Below, piece by piece: positions 1 to 16,306 of a DNA stretch of 64,000 nt. Every line of letters begins with the position of its first letter. Position 1 is the first letter of the stretch. The notes below the pieces were generated by a model. That model saw only the letters and a program-made list of their open reading frames with translations. It was not told the DNA's origin and did not search any database. Both the position numbers and the translations under genes were made by a program. This DNA comes from an uncultured bacterium (GTDB lineage: Bacteria; Verrucomicrobiota; Verrucomicrobiia; Limisphaerales; UBA8199), in NCBI GenBank assembly GCA_963749495.1, contig CAVVMW010000014.1, positions 192,001-256,000 on the forward strand. Reading direction: 5' to 3'.

Positions 1-457
1 CCGGCTCTACGAGGGCCGGAGGATGCTCTTGCGGGAGGCGGAAGTCAAGGTCCTGGGCTTCGATCACGCCCAGATCGGTGAAGAGGTGTTGCGCGCCTGG
101 CGCTACCCGGCCAACCTGGTCAACGCCGTGGCCTATCACCACCATCCCCTGTCCGCCGGCGTTTACCAGTTGGAGAGTTCATTGATCCACCTGGCCGATT
201 ACCTGGTTCATGCGATGCAGATGGGCCACTCCGGCGAGCAATTCGTGCCCCCGCTCGACCCCAAGGCCTGGGAGCGCGTTGGCCTGGCCACCAGCATCCT
301 CGAATCGGTCGTGCGCTCCGTTGACGAGCAGATTGAAGTCGTGCAGCAGAGCTTCCTCGATGCGCCCGAGCGGGACGCGCCCGGCCCATCTCCAAAACCG
401 GCGCCGCCCGCTCAAGGACCGGGCAATCCCGCGGGGAAGGCGGCGGTGCCAGGGTGA
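1..457 (+). CDS. HDOD-domain signal transduction protein, C-terminal part (5' end outside window)
   Basis: ExxVLGFDHAQIGEEVLRAWRYPxxLVNAVAYHHHP is the typical HDOD C-terminal motif. Confidence 0.8.
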   Translation, partial: RLYEGRRMLLREAEVKVLGFDHAQIGEEVLRAWRYPANLVNAVAYHHHPLSAGVYQLESSLIHLADYLVHAMQMGHSGEQFVPPLDPKAWERVGLATSILESVVRSVDEQIEVVQQSFLDAPERDAPGPSPKPAPPAQGPGNPAGKAAVPG

Positions 458-1608
458 ACTACGACCCCATCTATCCCGATTTCTTCCGCACCGGCGTCAA
501 CCGGCTCCAAAAACAGGGGGCCTGGGGCGGCGACTTCCAGGGCCTCTTCGCCGCCCTCGAGCATTTCCGCCGTGACCTGGCCGGCCAGCGCGATGTCAAG
601 ACCATCCTCCAGATGACCCAATCCTATGTCCTGGGGCTGGACCTCTTCCACACCGTCGGCTTCTTCCTCGTCAACCCTCAGACCCTCGATTTCGAGATGG
701 CTCATTGCGCCCCGCAGGAGCAATCTGGCGCCATGGACCAACTGGTCCGCCAGGAGATCAGGTCCGGCCGTTTCGCCTGGGCCCTGCGCCAAAACCGGCC
801 TGTCTTTTTCAATCGGCCCGGCCAGGCCGGCGCCGTCCCCACACGCGGGGTCTTTCACACCCTGGGTGTCGCCACACACCGGTTGGGCATGTTCTGCGGC
901 CTCTTGGAACGAGAACGCGTCCCAAGCCAGGAAGTCACCTTCAGCCTCCTCTCCATCCTCCTGGGCGCCAGCTCCGATGCCCTGGGCGTCCTGCGCACCA
1001 CCGACGAACTCCAGCACAAGATCCTCGCCGCCCACAATCACCTCCAGCAGGCCCTCACCGAAAACAAGGTCCTCGCCCGCATCCCGGCCGAAAGCCCCAA
1101 CCCGGTCCTGCGCCTCCACAGCACCGGCCGCGTCCTTTACAGCAACCACACCGGCGCCCAGGTCCTCCATGCCCTCGGCTGCAGCGTCGGCAACCTCATC
1201 TCCGGCCACTGGCTGGAGCTCCTCGCCAAATCTTTCGAGCACCGCGTCCGCCACGAGTTCGAAGCCCCCTTCGGCGGGCGCATCTATGCCTTCCTCATCG
1301 TCCCGGTCCCCGAGGCCGGCTACGCCAATTTCTACGGGACCGACATCACCGCCCGCAAAGTGGCCGAGCACGAGCGCGAATCCCTCATCGCCAAACTCCA
1401 GGACGCCCTCGCCAAGGTCAAGACCCTCAGCGGCCTGGTTCCAATCTGCGCCTGGTGCAAAAAAATCCGCGACAACCAGGGCTTCTGGAAACAGGTCGAG
1501 GTCTTCGTCCAGAGCCACTCCGATGCCGTTTTCACCCACGCCGTCTGCCCCGAGTGCATGAGCAAAATCACCGCCGGCGCGCATCCCGCACCCGACAAGG
1601 CCTATTGA
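454..1608 (+). CDS. GAF/PAS-like sensory protein with C-terminal Cys-rich module
   Basis: PAS-like ESPNPVLR..YSN..YGTDITARK; C-terminal VKTLSGLVPICAWCKKIRD..FTHAVCPEC motif common in signalling proteins; start overlaps upstream stop (GTGA). Confidence 0.75.
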   Translation: MNYDPIYPDFFRTGVNRLQKQGAWGGDFQGLFAALEHFRRDLAGQRDVKTILQMTQSYVLGLDLFHTVGFFLVNPQTLDFEMAHCAPQEQSGAMDQLVRQEIRSGRFAWALRQNRPVFFNRPGQAGAVPTRGVFHTLGVATHRLGMFCGLLERERVPSQEVTFSLLSILLGASSDALGVLRTTDELQHKILAAHNHLQQALTENKVLARIPAESPNPVLRLHSTGRVLYSNHTGAQVLHALGCSVGNLISGHWLELLAKSFEHRVRHEFEAPFGGRIYAFLIVPVPEAGYANFYGTDITARKVAEHERESLIAKLQDALAKVKTLSGLVPICAWCKKIRDNQGFWKQVEVFVQSHSDAVFTHAVCPECMSKITAGAHPAPDKAY

Positions 1609-1629
1609 ATCAACAGGGCTTTGCTGCTC

Positions 1630-1668
1630 CCTCTCCCCGTCGGACGGGCAGAGGGCCGGGGTGCGGGG
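1630..1668. repeat. Short CCCTCTCCCC..GGG(C)AGAGGG palindromic REP-like element
   Basis: ccctctccccgtcggacgggcagagggccggggtgcgggg; related units lie inside the CDS at about 31905-32018. Confidence 0.55.
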
Positions 1669-1789
1669 TCCGCGGGGGACTGTCTCCGCCTTCGCTGGGG
1701 CCTTACAGTGGATCAGGGCGATTGACAAAGTCGCTCCGCGCGCCTGTGCGGCAGGGGCGCCAGCGTAGCGCAGGTTTCCGACGGTGGTT

Positions 1790-3886
1790 TCATACTACAC
1801 CTGGTGCAATTTCGTTTAGGGCTTGCCGGCTTTTTGATTTGGCGATCCGCTTGGAGTTGGCCACCCAAGCCCGCAACGCCTGCTCTTGTTGGGCCGTCAA
1901 CGCGATCCACATCCGGCCGTCGGGTCGCGCTCTTCGAGCTGTCACCAGTCCGTTCTTGAGCCAATAGTGAACCACGTATTGGCTAACGGCAAACTTTTGG
2001 CTCAGTTGCTGCACCGTCAACTCGCCGGGTTGTTGCAGCACTGGGGCCGGAATGTGGTGCTTGCACCGAATCCAGGCGACCATACTGACGGTAAAAGCTC
2101 GGCCTTTGGCGCTTCGGAGGCCTTCCTGGTTCAGGGTGAGGGCAATCTGGCGGTCGGTCTGTTGCTGGGCGAGTTGCCGCACTTTGCTCACGAGGGCCTC
2201 CGTGTAGCGCCAGCGGTCGGCAGCGTTAAGCGGCAGCTCGACCACGAGGTCCTCGGTGGCCTCTCCTTGCCAGCGCAAATGCAAGATCGCCTGGTGCGTT
2301 GCCGACCGCTTTTCCAGTGTAATATCCTTGAGCAGCAGCCGCAAAATGCACTTGCGCTGCTTGGCGGTCGTGGTGGCCGCTTGCCAGAGCCGCGGCAGGT
2401 CCTCGGCCAGCAATCGTACTTGGGCCTGTTGCTCCGCCGACAAGGGCGGGGTTTGCTTTTCCTGATATTGCCGGTATTGCTGGCGCAACCCTTCGAGTTG
2501 CTGCAAGGCGTGTTCCCAACGTTGTTCGAGCGTCGCTGCTACCAGACGGTTGGCCGGATCAACTTCCTCGAAGCGCCGTTGGGCCAACTGCCCTTCATAC
2601 TCGGCTCGCTGGATTCTGAGCTGCCATTGATGCTCCAACGCCTGGTCGCGCTGTTCGACCTCCGCCACGGCAGCCAAGGCGATTTCCACCTGCGCCGGCA
2701 CCAGCGCCGACAAGATCCGCCGGGCAACGGCTTCATCCAGCAGGTCGCCACGAACCGACCAGCAGCCTTTGCCTGCCAGTTCTCGCCGCCGCCAGTTGCA
2801 TTCATACCAAACCAGGCAACCGCCCTGTCCCACGTAACGCGGGGAGAGCCGGTGCCCGCACTGACCACAGACCAGCAGACCTTGCAGCAGCGCCGGCCCT
2901 TCGCGCGCCGCCGAACCGGCGGCGCCAGGGCAAGCGTTGGTTTGGTTCTGCGCCAGCCGCTGCTGGTTGGCCAGATATTCCTCCCAGGGGATGTAGCCCG
3001 GATGTTGGTTGGGCAGGTTCACTTGCCACTCGGCCAAAGGCATAGAGCGGACGGTATTGTGCATCTGGCCAGTGGGCGAGAAGTTTTTGCAGGTTCGCCG
3101 CCGACCGAATACATAGGCCCCGGCGTAAGCCGGGTTGCGCAATAGACTCAGGACGCGGCCATGGTTCAAGCGGCCCCACCGCAACTGCCCGTTCCAGACT
3201 CCACCGTAGCTGCGCTTGGGGAAGAGCAACTGGTGCTTGGCAAAATGCTGCACCACTCCGTAAGCGCTGGCGGTTTGCCCAAAGCTGCTGAAGACCAGGC
3301 GCACGGCGCCCTGCACCTCCTGGTCCGGGTCTAAAACGATGCCCTCGGCCTCGGCATAAACAAAGCCCACCGGCAGGGGAAAACGCAGTTGGCCTTTGCG
3401 CGCTTTGTTGAGCTTGCCGCCCTGGAGGCGGACGCGCAAGAAGTGCAGTTCGGCCTGGGACATCGTACCCTTGAGTCCCAAGAGCAAGCGGTCGTTGAAA
3501 TCCCCGGGGTTGTAAGCGCCGTCTTCGTCAATGAGCAACGTGCCCGTCCACCCACACAAGTCCACTAGCCGATGCCAGTCCAGATCCGAGCGCGACAGGC
3601 GGGAGGCCTCCAGGGCGAGAACCGCGCCCACCTTCTGTAAGGAGACCAGCGACACCACTCGTTGGAAATCCGGTCGGTTGGCCATCTGGCTGCCCAAGAT
3701 CCCCAGGTCGCCGTCCAGAGTGAGTATCCGCTCCGGCGGCCAGCCCAGTTGAAGGGCCTTGTCCCGGAGCGCGTATTGGCGCTCGGTGCTCTCCCGGTGC
3801 TGGCGCACTTGGTTGAGGGTCAACTGGCGCAGGTAAATGCAGGCCAGTTTTTGGCGATGAGTTTCCTGGACCAACTCGGTGTTCAT
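1790..3886 (-). CDS. Large serine recombinase (resolvase, recombinase, Zn-ribbon, coiled coil, C-terminal HTH), 698 aa
   Basis: YLRQxT, RP.FQR, EASRLSRS, P.GF, CGQCG Zn ribbon, YEC..C, EEVDPANRLVAATLEQRW; expected catalytic Ser reads Leu. Confidence 0.93.
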   Translation of the reverse strand: MNTELVQETHRQKLACIYLRQLTLNQVRQHRESTERQYALRDKALQLGWPPERILTLDGDLGILGSQMANRPDFQRVVSLVSLQKVGAVLALEASRLSRSDLDWHRLVDLCGWTGTLLIDEDGAYNPGDFNDRLLLGLKGTMSQAELHFLRVRLQGGKLNKARKGQLRFPLPVGFVYAEAEGIVLDPDQEVQGAVRLVFSSFGQTASAYGVVQHFAKHQLLFPKRSYGGVWNGQLRWGRLNHGRVLSLLRNPAYAGAYVFGRRRTCKNFSPTGQMHNTVRSMPLAEWQVNLPNQHPGYIPWEEYLANQQRLAQNQTNACPGAAGSAAREGPALLQGLLVCGQCGHRLSPRYVGQGGCLVWYECNWRRRELAGKGCWSVRGDLLDEAVARRILSALVPAQVEIALAAVAEVEQRDQALEHQWQLRIQRAEYEGQLAQRRFEEVDPANRLVAATLEQRWEHALQQLEGLRQQYRQYQEKQTPPLSAEQQAQVRLLAEDLPRLWQAATTTAKQRKCILRLLLKDITLEKRSATHQAILHLRWQGEATEDLVVELPLNAADRWRYTEALVSKVRQLAQQQTDRQIALTLNQEGLRSAKGRAFTVSMVAWIRCKHHIPAPVLQQPGELTVQQLSQKFAVSQYVVHYWLKNGLVTARRARPDGRMWIALTAQQEQALRAWVANSKRIAKSKSRQALNEIAPGVV

Positions 3887-4013
3887 AAGCAGCGTTGGCC
3901 GCCCAAGGCGGCGGAGGCAAGGGTGCGCCAGCCCGACGGAACGCCTGGAGCATGGTGGCGACCACCTGCGCCACCGGCCGGGGATCGATCCGCAAGGCCG
4001 CCGGCTGCATCGC

Positions 4014-4346
4014 TCAGACCTTCTCCTGGCGGCGTAAGAGTTGGCGGTTGATGTCGCATATCTGTTCCAACAGATGGCGCACGTGCTGAAAGTTTTTTAT
4101 CAGGGCTTGGACCTGGGCGTGCTGCTGCTGAGAGAGGTATTGGAGTTGGGGACGGCCGTGGGGATAGCTGACCGACAAATAGTATTTGGGACCGTGACCG
4201 CGGCCGGAGGCGCAGTGGCAACCGGGCTTGCCGCAGGGCAGGTATCGCTCGATGAGCGAGCCGCGAACCACGCGCCGGGCCAAAGGAGGCAGGCGTTGGA
4301 TCAAGGCCTGGCGTTTGCGGCGCAGGCTGGCGATGGAAGCGGGCAT
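4014..4346 (-). CDS. DUF6788-like small Cys/His protein
   Basis: RGSLIERYLPCGKPGCHCASGRGHGPKYYLS motif typical of small proteins beside recombinases/transposases. Confidence 0.8.
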   Translation of the reverse strand: MPASIASLRRKRQALIQRLPPLARRVVRGSLIERYLPCGKPGCHCASGRGHGPKYYLSVSYPHGRPQLQYLSQQQHAQVQALIKNFQHVRHLLEQICDINRQLLRRQEKV

Positions 4347-4347
4347 G

Positions 4348-4405
4348 ATTATCAGAACAGTTAAATAACTGTTCTGATAATGGATCGGTCAAGGGCATCT
4401 GTCAA
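4348..4405 (-). promoter_or_regulatory. Internal element promoter with perfect palindromic operator
   Basis: Minus-strand TTGACA (4405-4400), 17 bp, CATTAT (4382-4377); ATTATCAGAACAGTTA-aa-TAACTGTTCTGATAAT at 4348-4381. Confidence 0.65.
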
Positions 4406-4719
4406 CTCCTTTCTGGTTCGAAGAGGCCGGCGGGCCGGACGCCTTCAACTGCCGCAGCAGTTGCACCAACTCCAGCAGTGCGGGCGCCGACAGCCGGCGC
4501 GCGGTCCCCGCGCTCGTCGGCACCGCCTTGTCGGTCCAGTCCTCCAAAATGGAAAAGGTGCCACCTTCTCCCCCCTCCAGAATCAGCGTGGCCTGACCGC
4601 GGTAGCGCCGGGCTTCGACCACCCGGAACCGCTCTCCGCGCCGGGGATGGAAGGGGTGGGTGATTACCGCCCATCCCAAAAGTTCACCTGCACCATGTGC
4701 AGTTCGCACTAACTGTCCC
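4389..4719 (-). CDS. DUF5372 (Y4bD/Y4pK)-like protein, 3' part; ATG supplied from the other element end on circularisation
   Basis: VITHPFHPRRGERF...EDWTD motif; no in-frame ATG inside this end of the element. Confidence 0.75.
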
Positions 4720-5136
4720 AAACCTGCTGTATCGCGGGTTTCCAAACCCGCAGGCCGTCCGCAAACCGGGCCCGTACCGATATGCCGACGCCCTGCCGAT
4801 TTGGAAATCGGCGATACGGCAGGTTTGGAAACCTGCGCTACGACTTTGTCAACGGCCCGTGCGGGGCTCGTTACTGCGTGAAAGCCGCCGGGAAAGCGGA
4901 CTCTCGGTTCGTCTGGCGCTCGCCCATCCGCTCCGTTTTCGTCGCTGGAGGCCACATGCGGTCTCTGCGCGAAGCCGGCGCGGGCCCCTCAGGAAGCGCC
5001 GGATTACCGGACACTCCAGGGGCTTCACGAGGCGGCAACGCCAGGCCGGAATCGCCAGGCATGCACGGTGCAGGGCAAACCAGGCGTAACATGCCCCTTG
5101 CCGGCACGCCCGAGGGCCTGGTCGCCAAACGCCCCT

Positions 5137-5316
5137 TCAATCCCTGCGGCTGGCCAGGAGATGGCCCACAATACACCCGACGATTGCCGACAGGGCGATC
5201 GTCGTCCATGCGTTGTCGCGGACGTAATTGTCGGCGGCACTGCCGACGGTGCGGGCGGTTTCAGTGGCGCGCTTTTGCCAATCCTGGAGTCGGTCGGTCA
5301 TTGTTCTCGTATTCAT
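5137..5316 (-). CDS. ElaB/YqjD/DUF883-like small tail-anchored membrane protein
   Basis: ADNYVRDNAWTTIALSAIVGCIVGHLLASRRD C-terminal signature. Confidence 0.75.
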   Translation of the reverse strand: MNTRTMTDRLQDWQKRATETARTVGSAADNYVRDNAWTTIALSAIVGCIVGHLLASRRD

Positions 5317-5371
5317 GTGCAAAAATAGGTCGCTTGCCGCCCAGGACCAATGGGGCGGCGACCCCATGACG

Positions 5372-5574
5372 GGGCCGTTGACACAGTTGCAGCGCAGGTT
5401 TTCAAACCTGCCGTATCGCCGATTTCCAAATCGGCAGGGTGTCGTCATACCGAGCGCGCCCGCGTTGCGGACGGCCTGGCGGTTTGGAAACCCGCGACAC
5501 AATCCCGATTGGGAATCGGGACGCTACGCTGGCACCCCTGGCGCACAGCCGCAGCGATCAACTTTGTCAACGGG
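5372..5574. repeat. REP/MITE-like family A copy (diverged)
   Basis: ccgttgacacagt...actttgtcaacgg termini; internal gcaggttttcaaacctgc and gccgatttccaaatcggc palindromes. Confidence 0.85.
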
Positions 5575-5705
5575 CGCACCCATGAGGGGGCCGATTGGCC
5601 CGCCGAGGGTCAGCTTCCGAATTTTAGTGCATCTTTCCAGATTCCAGCCCATCATTATGCGACTCTTCGCGCATGACCGAATGCCCGGGAGCCCTCATAA
5701 AATCT

Positions 5706-6914
5706 ATGCTCAAGCGATTCTTTGTTAACAACTTTAGAAGCCTGCTGAACGTCGAGTTCAGGCCCGCCGGCATCAATCTGCTCGTTGGCCCGAACAATGC
5801 AGGCAAGACCAATCTCTGTTCTGCTCTGCGTTTTGTCGGAGGCACGAGCGAAGTGGCGCTCGATGCAGCGATGCTCGGGGCCATAGGAGAGCGGTGGAAC
5901 ATCACTAATTTCCATGTGCCGCAAGCGAAGCAGACGGAATTCGAGGTCGAGTGCGAGCTCTCCTATCAGGGCGATCGGCTGCAATTCGCCTACCGCCTGC
6001 GCCTCGAGAGCCTCGGCGCAAGGGCGCGAGGGGAGAGGGCCGAAGCGGAGTCGCTCCGAGTCCTTGAGGAGAGCCTCAAAGCAACGGGTGGCAGGTTTGT
6101 GAACACGGTCCTGCTGGAGAATCACGAGGGTCAGGTCCAGATGCTCCACGAAGAGGGCTTTGTAAAGCATCCGAATGAGCCTTATCGGCCTAGTGCCAAG
6201 ACCGCTACGAATGCGACGATGCTATCGCAGCTCTATGAATTGGAGAATAACCCGCGCGCGATCCTGTTTCGCCGCTACCTCCGCTCGTGGGCCTACTATA
6301 ATTTCAGCCCTGATGCCCTTCGGTCGCCGGATGTGGCGCGCGAGGATGGTCTTCTCCTCTCGAATGGCGCCAACGTGAGCCGCGTCCTCTACGATTTGCA
6401 CAATCAAACGCCGCGGCTCGAGCGAAAGATCATTGACGCTCTCCGAAAAGTCGAACCTAAGCTGGACCTTTTCAGTTTCTTGGCCCCCGATCCCGAACAC
6501 GTGCATCTCTTCGGCGAGGATGAGAAAGGACACCGGTTCAGCACCCGCAGTATGTCCGACGGCACCTTGCGGTTCCTGGCGACGGCTTGTGTAATCCTGT
6601 CGGCTGAACAACAATCCGTGCATAACGGCTTCGCCCCATTAATCATCATCGAGGAACCAGAAAACGGCTTGTACGTGGGGCACCTCAAGCCCCTTCTTCA
6701 GCGTATCGAGCCCGATGGGAAATTCGGCCAGTTCATCTTTACGTCTCACAGTCCCTACTTCGTGGATCTTTTCGATAAGTACCTCGAAGGTCTGCACGTT
6801 CTAAAACCCGGCATCCCCTCCTCAGTCCTCGTTCGTCCGGACGCTGGGAAGCTGAAGCCGCTTCTCGAGGACCTGACCCTTGGGGAGCTTCACTTTCAGG
6901 AAATGCTCGCATGA
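5706..6914 (+). CDS. ABC/AAA_21-type ATPase
   Basis: NNFRSL, Walker A GPNNAGKTN, signature MSDGTLRF, Walker B IIIEEPENGL, H-loop FTSHSP. Confidence 0.9.
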   Translation: MLKRFFVNNFRSLLNVEFRPAGINLLVGPNNAGKTNLCSALRFVGGTSEVALDAAMLGAIGERWNITNFHVPQAKQTEFEVECELSYQGDRLQFAYRLRLESLGARARGERAEAESLRVLEESLKATGGRFVNTVLLENHEGQVQMLHEEGFVKHPNEPYRPSAKTATNATMLSQLYELENNPRAILFRRYLRSWAYYNFSPDALRSPDVAREDGLLLSNGANVSRVLYDLHNQTPRLERKIIDALRKVEPKLDLFSFLAPDPEHVHLFGEDEKGHRFSTRSMSDGTLRFLATACVILSAEQQSVHNGFAPLIIIEEPENGLYVGHLKPLLQRIEPDGKFGQFIFTSHSPYFVDLFDKYLEGLHVLKPGIPSSVLVRPDAGKLKPLLEDLTLGELHFQEMLA

Positions 6915-7471
6915 AAATCGCCTTTTGCGTCGAAGGCAGCGCTGACCGCGCCATCCTGCAAGGTTTGCGCAACCGCTGGTGTCCCCAAGCTGACCTCCTT
7001 GAGGGACGCTTCCGCGGGCAGCTTCCCCGCAGCCAAATACGTAAGGAATGCAGAATACTCACGGATAAAGGGGTGGACCTGATCATCTTTCTGCGAGATT
7101 CCAATCTGGAAAACTGGCGTGATGTGCTCAAAAACGATCAGGAAAAGTGTCCTCCCGAGTTCCGTCACCGGGCACTATTCGGAGTGTGTGATCGGAATGC
7201 CGAGTGCTGGCTTGCCACAGATGCAGATCACCTTGCCGCCCGGTTAGGACGCTCTCGGAATGAGCTGAGCACCGAGGATCCTTCGCCGGTCGTTAAATCA
7301 GGGTTTGGCCTGGTCGGCTTTGATAAGGAGGAAAAGGAACCAGACCTGGCCGCCTACGTCCGAACTGCCCCTATCAGGAACTGGCTCCGCAATAAATCGT
7401 TTGAGCAGTTCTATGAGCAGGTGTGGCAAAAGAGCAAGGAACTTGGCTGCCAAATCGAGAACCTGAGATAG
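6911..7471 (+). CDS. DUF4276/RloB-like TOPRIM-fold partner of the ATPase
   Basis: CVEGSAD, FLRDSN, AECWLATD motifs; ATGA overlap with the ATPase. Confidence 0.65.
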   Translation: MKIAFCVEGSADRAILQGLRNRWCPQADLLEGRFRGQLPRSQIRKECRILTDKGVDLIIFLRDSNLENWRDVLKNDQEKCPPEFRHRALFGVCDRNAECWLATDADHLAARLGRSRNELSTEDPSPVVKSGFGLVGFDKEEKEPDLAAYVRTAPIRNWLRNKSFEQFYEQVWQKSKELGCQIENLR

Positions 7472-7489
7472 CCCATGAGGCCGGCGGAC

Positions 7490-7523
7490 AAAAAAAGGAG
7501 CATCCGGGGGGGCCGGATGCTCC
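7490..7523 (-). terminator. Intrinsic terminator of rpoBC
   Basis: GGAGCATCCGG...CCGGATGCTCC hairpin followed on the minus strand by a T7 run. Confidence 0.8.
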
Positions 7524-7544
7524 TGGTGCAGGAACGGGGCGGTG

Positions 7545-11699
<4,155 letters not shown>

Positions 11700-11730
11700 A
11701 AAGATAGAGTCTCGGTTTTGCGTTCACACC

Positions 11731-15615
<3,885 letters not shown>

Positions 15616-15775
15616 TGGAACCTTTACTGCAAGGGCCGGCCCTGCGGCCGGACCCTTGACTCTACAGATAAACGACACAAGGCAAGAACGCCGCGTTCAA
15701 TGGCGAACTTGCCAAAACTCAAACCACCGTGGGGTGGTCGCGCTGATGAACTGATTCTAATCTAGCTCTTTCCTC

Positions 15776-16162
15776 TTACTTCATTTCGACCTTGGCGCCC
15801 GCGTCTTCAAGTTTCTTTTTCGCCGCGTCCGAGTCGGCCTTGTTGGCCCCTTCCAGGATCGGCTTGGGGGCGCCCTCGACCAAGGCCTTGGCCTCCGCCA
15901 GACCCAGTCCGGCCTTGACCTCGCGCACCGCCTTGATGACGGCTATCTTCTTGTCCGGAAGCACCGAGGTGAGGATGACGTCGAACATCGTCTTGGCCTC
16001 GGCGGGGGCCGCCGCGGCCCCTGCGGGAGCGGGACCGGCCGCCACCACGGGCGCTGCCGCACTGACTCCCCACTTGGTTTCCAGTTCTTTGACCAGGCCG
16101 GCGATTTCCAGGATCGTCGCGCTGCTCAGTTCTTCTACGATCTTTGCTGTATCCAGAGCCAT
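15776..16162 (-). CDS. rplL: 50S ribosomal protein L7/L12
   Basis: [36 protein letters not shown]. Confidence 0.98.
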   Translation of the reverse strand: MALDTAKIVEELSSATILEIAGLVKELETKWGVSAAAPVVAAGPAPAGAAAAPAEAKTMFDVILTSVLPDKKIAVIKAVREVKAGLGLAEAKALVEGAPKPILEGANKADSDAAKKKLEDAGAKVEMK

Positions 16163-16306
16163 AGTTGCCTTTCATTGCGTCTCGTCGTCGCCCCGGACCC
16201 TGGGCGGTTTGAGTTCGCGGCCGCGAACCGGCGATTTACGCTGTTGTTTGTTGTATCCGGCCCCGCCTGGCTGGGCGGGCCCGAAAGTGTCATTGACTTT
16301 ATTCTC

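Larger units (their letters stand above)
1778..4719 (-). mobile_element. Compact large-serine-recombinase integrative element with duplicated CC core
   Basis: Flanks gcaggttt|CC (1778-1779) and CC|aaacctgc (4718-4719); ends form an imperfect inverted repeat (20 of 29 positions); encodes recombinase plus small accessory ORFs. Confidence 0.92.
1722..4858. repeat. REP/MITE-like family A copy, interrupted by the recombinase element
   Basis: 1722-1779 joined to 4720-4858 reconstitutes the reverse complement of the intact copy at 47536-47717; TTGACAAAGTCG...CGACTTTGTCAA termini. Confidence 0.9.

Noticed and set aside
3883..4017. Small ORF between the DUF6788-like gene and the recombinase
   Set aside because: Two candidate frames (MQPAALRIDP... 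from 4010, or the frame ending at 3883); cannot decide without homologues, so not annotated
4720..4955. N-terminal extension of the 188-aa ORF 4389-4955
   Set aside because: It runs through the REP repeat outside the element boundary; likely a chance open frame rather than the true start
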